Shown: positions 26,278 through 32,000 of the stretch, one piece after another
Layout: each line of letters starts with the position of its first letter
Numbering within the stretch: position 1 is the stretch's first letter
NCBI RefSeq assembly: GCF_001997385.1
Contig: NZ_CP019633.1
Span: 1,530,001 to 1,562,000 of the forward strand
Source of the DNA: Sedimentisphaera cyanobacteriorum
GTDB lineage: Bacteria > Planctomycetota > Phycisphaerae > Sedimentisphaerales > Sedimentisphaeraceae
Direction of reading: 5' to 3'
DNA length: 32,000 bases
Program-made: the position numbers and the translations under genes
The notes under the pieces: model-generated
Seen by the model: only the letters and a program-made list of their open reading frames with translations
The model's database searches: none
Told to the model about the DNA's origin: nothing

Positions 26278-27492
26278 CTAAATCCGCTTAGCCCTGTATG
26301 CGCTTATCATCTTATACCGTACCCCCCTCCAAGTTATAGTTCTGCCGAAGGCTGAAACAAACAGGAATACAATCATAAAAAGCGAAACAATGCTGGAGAG
26401 TGTGATATCATAGATGGAGTATTTCTGTATATCTTCGCGGTATCTGTAGAGCAGATTCTGCATTGTTTTCTGCCTCCAGTATGCCCGGACGCACATAGCA
26501 GAAAAGAAGATTAGCGATGTTCCCAGTGCATAGTAAGCCGAGGGCAGTGAGTTTGCAAGGGCGTAGAGGCCGTAAATAAGAGCTCCCCACGAACCAAAAA
26601 CCGAAAACATCGCTGCTATAACCCCGAGAATCCAGACAATCGGCGAGGTAACTCGGGTAATCATAAGCTGCCTGTAAATAAAATCGAATAGCCTTTTCCA
26701 AGTGAACGCCTCGTATGAGGCCACCATACACAGCGGACTGTAGCGGATTCGATAGCCTGCTTTGAGGACTTGAAGGCTGAGGGTTAGATCGTCGCTTACG
26801 CAGGTCTGCCAGATTTTATGCAGCTCGAGCTTGTAGAACAGCTCTTTCCGGATTGCCATAGACCCGCCCCAAGCCTGATTGAATCTGGTTTTCCCGAGAA
26901 TCTGAGCAACCTTGCCGTTGAGGATTGAGAGGAACAGCACAGGGATATTCCCGTCTATCGGGATAAACCAGCGATAGCCCGTACTCGCACCAACTTTCTT
27001 TTCCTGCTTGAGCGGGTGAACAAGGCTTCCGAGCCATTCGGGCAGGGGCCTTGCATCTGAATCTGCAAAAGCGAGAATCTCTGTATCTTCGGGTGCAAAC
27101 TTTAGGGCATGAAGCATATTGTGCGTTTTCTGGCAGGCATTTTCAGACACCCCCGCAACGCTTATCATCACGCTTAGGGCTTTTGTTCGGCCTTCAAATT
27201 TCTCCTTCAATCTGCAAAGGACAGGGTAAGCCGGGTCCTGCTCGCTCTCCACGACAAAAGAAAGGTGATAGTTTTGGTAAGCCAGCTCAAAGAAAGCTGA
27301 AATGTTTTTTTCGAATTCGGTATCAAGCCCTTTGCAGGGAATCGTAAGGTAAACATTAGGCGAGAAATCGTTCAGGCTGTCCTTTTCTTTTCTCTTAAGA
27401 TTATGCTGATTGTTTCTTCTGATAAACTCAAGGAAGCATAGCTGAGTAATTACAAACAGCAGAGAAACAGTCTGATACCATTCTATGTGCAC
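26278..27492 (-). CDS. Integral-membrane GT-A fold glycosyltransferase (GT2/GT21, ceramide-glucosyltransferase/HpnI-like)
   Basis: 404 aa with an N-terminal TM helix. The cytoplasmic domain has LTIPCKG, an FADSDARP (DxD-type) motif and SDDLTLS. Several TM helices follow at the C-terminus. The subfamily assignment is from pattern memory only. Confidence 0.6.
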   Translation of the reverse strand: MHIEWYQTVSLLFVITQLCFLEFIRRNNQHNLKRKEKDSLNDFSPNVYLTIPCKGLDTEFEKNISAFFELAYQNYHLSFVVESEQDPAYPVLCRLKEKFEGRTKALSVMISVAGVSENACQKTHNMLHALKFAPEDTEILAFADSDARPLPEWLGSLVHPLKQEKKVGASTGYRWFIPIDGNIPVLFLSILNGKVAQILGKTRFNQAWGGSMAIRKELFYKLELHKIWQTCVSDDLTLSLQVLKAGYRIRYSPLCMVASYEAFTWKRLFDFIYRQLMITRVTSPIVWILGVIAAMFSVFGSWGALIYGLYALANSLPSAYYALGTSLIFFSAMCVRAYWRQKTMQNLLYRYREDIQKYSIYDITLSSIVSLFMIVFLFVSAFGRTITWRGVRYKMISAYRAKRI

Positions 27493-27504
27493 ACTTTTAC
27501 CTCA

Positions 27505-28359
27505 TTAAAGGTCGTTCAATCTTTTCACAGATTCGACGACTTCGGAAAATTCATATTCCCTCGCCAAATCCAATTCGCATATACAGCCATTGCTGTGCTC
27601 GGTGGTAATAATAACGGTATTTGGCGGAGAAATCAAATATCCTTCGGGGTAATTTTGATGGCCAAGGATGAAAAATTTAGTACTCAGCTTGTCTGCAAGC
27701 TCTGTAAGGAATTCCTGCGAATGCTTTTTGCCCCAAGTAAGAGAATAGACTGAATTCGGCCTGTTCATATCCGAAATAAGCAGAGGCCGGGAAAATACAT
27801 CCTGCTCAAACTCGTCCTTGAATCTCTCCATCGGGAGGGAATGGCTGATAAAAAAGCCGTTTTCGGTTCTAACGGCTATAGACTGATAAAACAAAAGCTG
27901 CTTAATTGCAAGAAGAACGTCTTCCCATTTATCATCGAATGTGTTCTGAAGGCCTTTTTCAAATCGTTTGCGCATCTCCTCGCCTGCCTTCAGGACATCC
28001 GAGCCTGTTATCGTAGAGCAGTCGTGATTGCTGAGGATCATATGCACGTTTTCCGGGAAGGCGGTTTTCAGCTCGCATACCTTTTTGAGCAGTCTGAAAG
28101 ACAGCCCGCCTCCATAGGCGTCCTTCGGTCCTCCGTGAACTATTTCCTGCACAATTAGATGAGTGTCCGGGTTGTTCTCGAGATCCGCATATTTTTCTAT
28201 CTTGTCGAAAGCAGAGTCATAGCCGTGGAGATCTCCGGCAACAATAACCCTGCCCTTATCGGGAAGCTTGATTATATTGCCGTCTCTAACTGCCTGATGC
28301 CTGTTTAATGCGCAGGCCTCTTTCAATGTCTCTATGTACTGCTGAGCGGATTTATGCAT
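27505..28359 (-). CDS. Divergent PPP-family (calcineurin-like) Ser/Thr phosphatase / metallophosphoesterase
   Basis: GDLHG (motif I), SNHD (GNHE-like motif III) and a later ILGHQ are present. Motif II (GDxVDRG) is replaced by QEIVHGG. Its start overlaps the kinase stop by 8 nt. Confidence 0.7.
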   Translation of the reverse strand: MHKSAQQYIETLKEACALNRHQAVRDGNIIKLPDKGRVIVAGDLHGYDSAFDKIEKYADLENNPDTHLIVQEIVHGGPKDAYGGGLSFRLLKKVCELKTAFPENVHMILSNHDCSTITGSDVLKAGEEMRKRFEKGLQNTFDDKWEDVLLAIKQLLFYQSIAVRTENGFFISHSLPMERFKDEFEQDVFSRPLLISDMNRPNSVYSLTWGKKHSQEFLTELADKLSTKFFILGHQNYPEGYLISPPNTVIITTEHSNGCICELDLAREYEFSEVVESVKRLNDL

Positions 28360-29194
28360 TTTTTCCGTTCCTCTTTGCAGCGACTGTTTTTATCATATCA
28401 TCGAGCCTCGAAATCAGAATGTGCATACCTGAAGGCCTTTCAGCAGGGTTTGCATTTACGCAATCCATGATGAGATTTGAAAGCGTCATTGGGATTTTGC
28501 TGTAAATCCGGCTTGGGCTTTCGGGCTTTTTTGATTCCTCAAAGCCGACGCCTGCGGCAATATCATTCTGCTTGGGCAGAACAGTAGGCACTTTTTTGCC
28601 GGTTAGCACCCAATAGAAAGCAGCTCCGAGATTGAAAACGTCTGTACGGTGGGTTATAGGCTGCTTTCGCACCTGCTCGGGGGCGATATAGTCCGGAGTT
28701 CCCTGCACCCTTGCCTTCACCGTACCCACAGGGCAGGACTGGCCGAGGTCTATTATCTTTATCTCGCCTCTGCCCATATTTACAAGTATGTTGTTTGGCT
28801 TAATATCGCAGTGGACGAAGCCCGAACGGTGCATCTCGTTGAGCCCTATAGAAGCCATGCGGAAAATAAGCATCACATCTATGAGGCTGAGCCTGTTCAT
28901 ACTGTCCAGCGGGAGGCCGTTGAACAGCTCCATTGTCATAAGTACTTCGGTGGTTTTCAAGAGCCTGCGCCTTTTTATAACCCTGTAGCACTTTCTTATG
29001 TACTTATTGTCTATCTGAGAAGCCACCTTGAGCTCGGTATCCACCTGCTCGACAAAGCGCATATCATCATTATGCTCCACAAGGACACGTTTCAGGGCTA
29101 CGACATCGCCTGTCTGGTGGTCCTGAGCTTCGTAAATAGTGCTCTTGGCACCTGTGCCGAGAGTTTTTCTTATAGTGAAACCGGGTATTCTCAT
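28352..29194 (-). CDS. Hanks-type Ser/Thr protein kinase, kinase domain only
   Basis: Glycine loop GTGAKSTIY, then VALKR, catalytic loop HCDIKPNNIL (non-RD), DLG in place of DFG, and GTPDYIAPE. No TM segment or sensor domain is present. Confidence 0.88.
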   Translation of the reverse strand: MRIPGFTIRKTLGTGAKSTIYEAQDHQTGDVVALKRVLVEHNDDMRFVEQVDTELKVASQIDNKYIRKCYRVIKRRRLLKTTEVLMTMELFNGLPLDSMNRLSLIDVMLIFRMASIGLNEMHRSGFVHCDIKPNNILVNMGRGEIKIIDLGQSCPVGTVKARVQGTPDYIAPEQVRKQPITHRTDVFNLGAAFYWVLTGKKVPTVLPKQNDIAAGVGFEESKKPESPSRIYSKIPMTLSNLIMDCVNANPAERPSGMHILISRLDDMIKTVAAKRNGKNA

Positions 29195-29227
29195 ATCAAT
29201 GAACCAGAAAAATCCGAAAAGCGGGAA

Positions 29228-29255
29228 ATTATAGCCGGCTAAACGGAAGTGTCAA
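29228..29255 (-). promoter_or_regulatory. Consensus sigma70 promoter in front of the kinase gene
   Basis: The minus strand reads TTGACA (29255..29250), a 16 nt spacer, then TATAAT (29233..29228). Both hexamers are perfect. The -35 hexamer begins 11 nt after the stop of the upstream gene, and the -10 element ends about 34 nt before the kinase ATG. Confidence 0.65.
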
Positions 29256-29265
29256 TCTGTTTGCC

Positions 29266-32000
29266 TCACTCTTCAACATCTTTAATAAATATTTCAGGTT
29301 TGTCTGAACTCTCCCAAACATTGCTTCTGTCTATTATGCAAACCTTACGCTTCTGAACGCCTGAAACACCCTCTCTAACCAATATGTATGCTGTAAACAC
29401 ATCGCTTCGAACAGTGGTAAGATTGGCAAGCCGTTCGAGGATTATGTTCCTTTCTTCAAAATCATCCATCACAGAGCCTTCGGTGAGGTCTATGTGTGAA
29501 TTTTCGGAATCTGAAAGCTTCTGGCCGTCTTTGGCCAGCTGCTGGAAATCGTAATCAGCAAGGCCGGAATCATTTGTAACGTTGATAAGCTCATATATCG
29601 AGCTGAAGCCTTTTTCGGCCGCCCTGTCGTCCCGCCGGGCGGTATTGCCTGCGGAATAATCGGGCTGCTCGGATTCGCCAACGCCAACGCCTGTCATATC
29701 GCGGTATGCGATTATTGCCTCTGCAAGCTCTTCATCCACCCACGGGAGAGTCATAAGCACTGCCTTCGGAGCTGTGTTTATGTTTATCAGGCCGTAGGAG
29801 ACTGTTTCTCTGTATCGTGCAGAATCCTCGTCTTGGTTGTCAATATCGCCGTCGCCGTTGTTGTCTATGCCGTCGCCGAGCGGATCATCTGTTGTAAGCC
29901 TTGCTCCGTCGTTGTTGATTCCATCATAAGCGGGGGCTGTTTCGTAGTAATCTTCGCCGTCCTTGAGGGTAGTCATAACAGTGAACACGTTCGCAAGGTC
30001 TGCATAGCGATGGTCTGCAAGGTCGAACCGGCCGAAGCTGTCGAATATTGATATCCCGTCTGCCCCGAGAGAGCCTGCCCTCTGCTGGTGAGTTTGCACG
30101 GCTCCTGCAAAGGTCTGTGAATCGTTTGGGTCGTCCTGATCTGTGAATGAACAAACCGCCGGCGCCATAACGATCTGGGCTGGCGAGAAGATCGGCTCAT
30201 TTGAAGGCTTGAGCTGCATCTGAATATTATTCAGCTCCCCTGTAATGTCCTGACCTATTAAGATGAAGGCGTTAACATTAACGAAAGAATCAGGCAGCAG
30301 GAGGCCTGTATTATCGCCATCTTCATCAACGAGCTGGCCTTGCTTCTTCTGGAATTTCTCTTCGTCCGGTGCAACAGGGGTGTTTAACTTAACCTCTGCC
30401 CAGTCAACCAGGAGGGTATCTCCTGATGCCGGGTAGTCTTTTTTGTAGATCTTTACAATATCACCGTTTTGCAGTGAGAGGGATGGATAGGAATAGTAAT
30501 CGAAGGAATCCTTGAAAATCTCTTCTGCGTCCTGCTGGTCTGCAAGGTTGGTTACTGCAGCAAATCCATCTGCTGGTATATCATCGTCAACCACATCAGA
30601 TAAATTGAATTCATTGACAACAAAGCCGTCTCTAACGATATGAATCTCGTATTCATTGCTTGAGGCTACAGTCATCCCGCCTTCACGGAAGAATTCGAGC
30701 AGGTAATATGTGCCTGTAGGTACAGTGCCCAAATTTTGCGGGTCTGTATGATCATAGATGCCGATGGCGCTGCAGTGGAGCGTTATATCCTTGAGCTCCT
30801 CTGCGCCGTCATAGCCGTAATAAAGGATATTGGAATCGCTGTCGTAATGATCGCTGCCTTCGCTGTCAGAGTCCTGCCAGTCGAGCAGGTTCAGTGCGAA
30901 CTGGGTGCTAAGCCTTCCGGCTGAATACCCCGCTCCGAATTCCTCGTGAGGGCTGTCGTTCAGTACGCTAAATACTGCTTCACGAATTTCTGCGAATTCA
31001 TAATCAGCTACGCCTTCCTCGCCGGTTATCTCTTCGGGGAAAGCCTTTACTCCCAAATCAGGCGTAATCTGGCGTGATTTGCTCATTGCAGTAAAGAGGT
31101 GGCGTCTTTCGGGATTGACTGTTTTCTCGTCAATCTCGCCGCCTCCGAAAATGCCAATGTACCAGCTCTCAAGCGCATCAACATTAGAAACTCTGGTGTC
31201 AGCGCCGTACATCTTGTACATATCGCCCCAGTAGCTGTCATTAGCGGGATCATCCTCATCTGCTCCGACAGTTGCCGGAAGCAGTGATTCAAGGCGTGAT
31301 GTAAAACTTGAATTTATGCAGAAGCGGTGCCTCAGCTCAAACTCATCGTCGAGGCTGTAGGGGCGGTAGTAGCTAAGGCCTTCAGAGGAAGTATTTTCAA
31401 TCCTCAGAGCTGCGTTTTCCGTATAGCTGAACCAGTCATCCTGAACTCCCGGCCTGCATCTTGAATTGTGGAAATCATCAATATTATCGGCCTCTGGAAT
31501 AACTGGCGCATACCAGAAAGGACCGCCGTATTTATTGTTATTGGTATTGAGCAGAAAATTCATCCCAACGCAAAGCGGAGACTCGCCGGAATATTTATAT
31601 TCTTCATTGCCGCTATTTTGTTCAATATCATTGAAGTAAGCAGTGTTTACGTTGACCATAGCTGAATTGTCTATAATCCGCACTGCGGCGAAATAGCTCT
31701 GCCCTGCCGGGGTTTTCATATCTGGAACTTCAAACCACCTCGCATCTACTACGCCGTCTCCATCCGCATCTGCAGGGAGGCCTTTAATATCTTCCGCGGT
31801 GAGCTCATCATCTTCGTCTTTATCATCTATAAATTTGTAAAATTCCTGATAGTCCGGGATATTTTTCATTGTTCCGGGCGGGTCAACATTCATATCGTTT
31901 TGAGATTCCGCGCCGAAATCAGCGAAACTCGGCTTGCTTATCTGCAGCCATTTTACAACGTCTCTGCCGGTTTCGTTTTGATATTTAACCACGCCCCCGC
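29266..32000 (-). CDS. Very large GspK-like (type II secretion / pseudopilus minor pilin K-like) protein with Ca-binding Asp-rich repeats; N-terminus outside the window
   Basis: The reading frame is open to the window edge, and the track's 'M' at 31992 is a GTG. It has AAVRIIDNSAMVNVNTA and a C-terminal LININTAPKAVLMTLPWVDEELAEAIIAYRD helix-hairpin-helix segment, followed by RSDVFTAYILVRE, as in T2SS-K proteins. Thrombospondin-3-like runs are present: DADGDGVVD and DGIDNNGDGDIDNQDED. Confidence 0.5.
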   Translation of the reverse strand, partial: GGVVKYQNETGRDVVKWLQISKPSFADFGAESQNDMNVDPPGTMKNIPDYQEFYKFIDDKDEDDELTAEDIKGLPADADGDGVVDARWFEVPDMKTPAGQSYFAAVRIIDNSAMVNVNTAYFNDIEQNSGNEEYKYSGESPLCVGMNFLLNTNNNKYGGPFWYAPVIPEADNIDDFHNSRCRPGVQDDWFSYTENAALRIENTSSEGLSYYRPYSLDDEFELRHRFCINSSFTSRLESLLPATVGADEDDPANDSYWGDMYKMYGADTRVSNVDALESWYIGIFGGGEIDEKTVNPERRHLFTAMSKSRQITPDLGVKAFPEEITGEEGVADYEFAEIREAVFSVLNDSPHEEFGAGYSAGRLSTQFALNLLDWQDSDSEGSDHYDSDSNILYYGYDGAEELKDITLHCSAIGIYDHTDPQNLGTVPTGTYYLLEFFREGGMTVASSNEYEIHIVRDGFVVNEFNLSDVVDDDIPADGFAAVTNLADQQDAEEIFKDSFDYYSYPSLSLQNGDIVKIYKKDYPASGDTLLVDWAEVKLNTPVAPDEEKFQKKQGQLVDEDGDNTGLLLPDSFVNVNAFILIGQDITGELNNIQMQLKPSNEPIFSPAQIVMAPAVCSFTDQDDPNDSQTFAGAVQTHQQRAGSLGADGISIFDSFGRFDLADHRYADLANVFTVMTTLKDGEDYYETAPAYDGINNDGARLTTDDPLGDGIDNNGDGDIDNQDEDSARYRETVSYGLININTAPKAVLMTLPWVDEELAEAIIAYRDMTGVGVGESEQPDYSAGNTARRDDRAAEKGFSSIYELINVTNDSGLADYDFQQLAKDGQKLSDSENSHIDLTEGSVMDDFEERNIILERLANLTTVRSDVFTAYILVREGVSGVQKRKVCIIDRSNVWESSDKPEIFIKDVEE

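Noticed and set aside
26408-27347. Alternative-frame and antisense ORFs inside the glycosyltransferase gene (26408-26731, 26816-27037, 27051-27347)
   Set aside because: They overlap the 404 aa GT frame, which has coherent TM and GT-A features, and they have no motifs of their own.
27505-29194. Kinase, phosphatase or GT as additional encapsulin cargo
   Set aside because: None of their C-termini (…AAKRNGKNA, …VKRLNDL, …AYRAKRI) resembles the S-L-x-I-G-S-L-K loading peptide that is clearly present on EncFtn.

Overview
Every gene I can support in this 32 kb window is on the minus strand. The core, about 2.27-17.8 kb, is a complete, tightly packed S10-spc-alpha ribosomal protein cluster: rpsJ through rplQ, including secY, adk, map, infA, rpmJ and rpoA. 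A near-consensus promoter and a roughly 200 nt structured leader precede it, and a HIT-family gene follows it. rpsD and rpmD are absent from their usual slots. A stand-alone initiator tRNA-Met sits downstream of the cluster. The low-coordinate flank holds a Tat-signal sulfatase, which is truncated at the window edge and missing from the ORF track, and a secreted GH3 NagZ-like hydrolase. The high-coordinate flank is accessory. It holds a secreted GH127-like hydrolase and two tandem paralogous secreted LamG/Ig-like/dockerin-like proteins. It also holds a family-1 encapsulin with an EncFtn ferritin cargo, a membrane GT2/GT21-like glycosyltransferase, and an overlapping Ser/Thr kinase and divergent PPP phosphatase pair behind a perfect consensus promoter. 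The last gene is a very large GspK-like pseudopilin protein, open at the window edge. The content (many sulfatase and glycoside hydrolase genes, LamG plus dockerin-like tails, a GspK-like giant) suggests a PVC-group bacterium, but that is inference only. I saw no CRISPR array, transposase, integrase or rRNA. The most interesting candidate is the co-directional kinase / phosphatase / glycosyltransferase / EncFtn / encapsulin block, which has one strong promoter and one strong terminator. The functional link between those genes is unproven.
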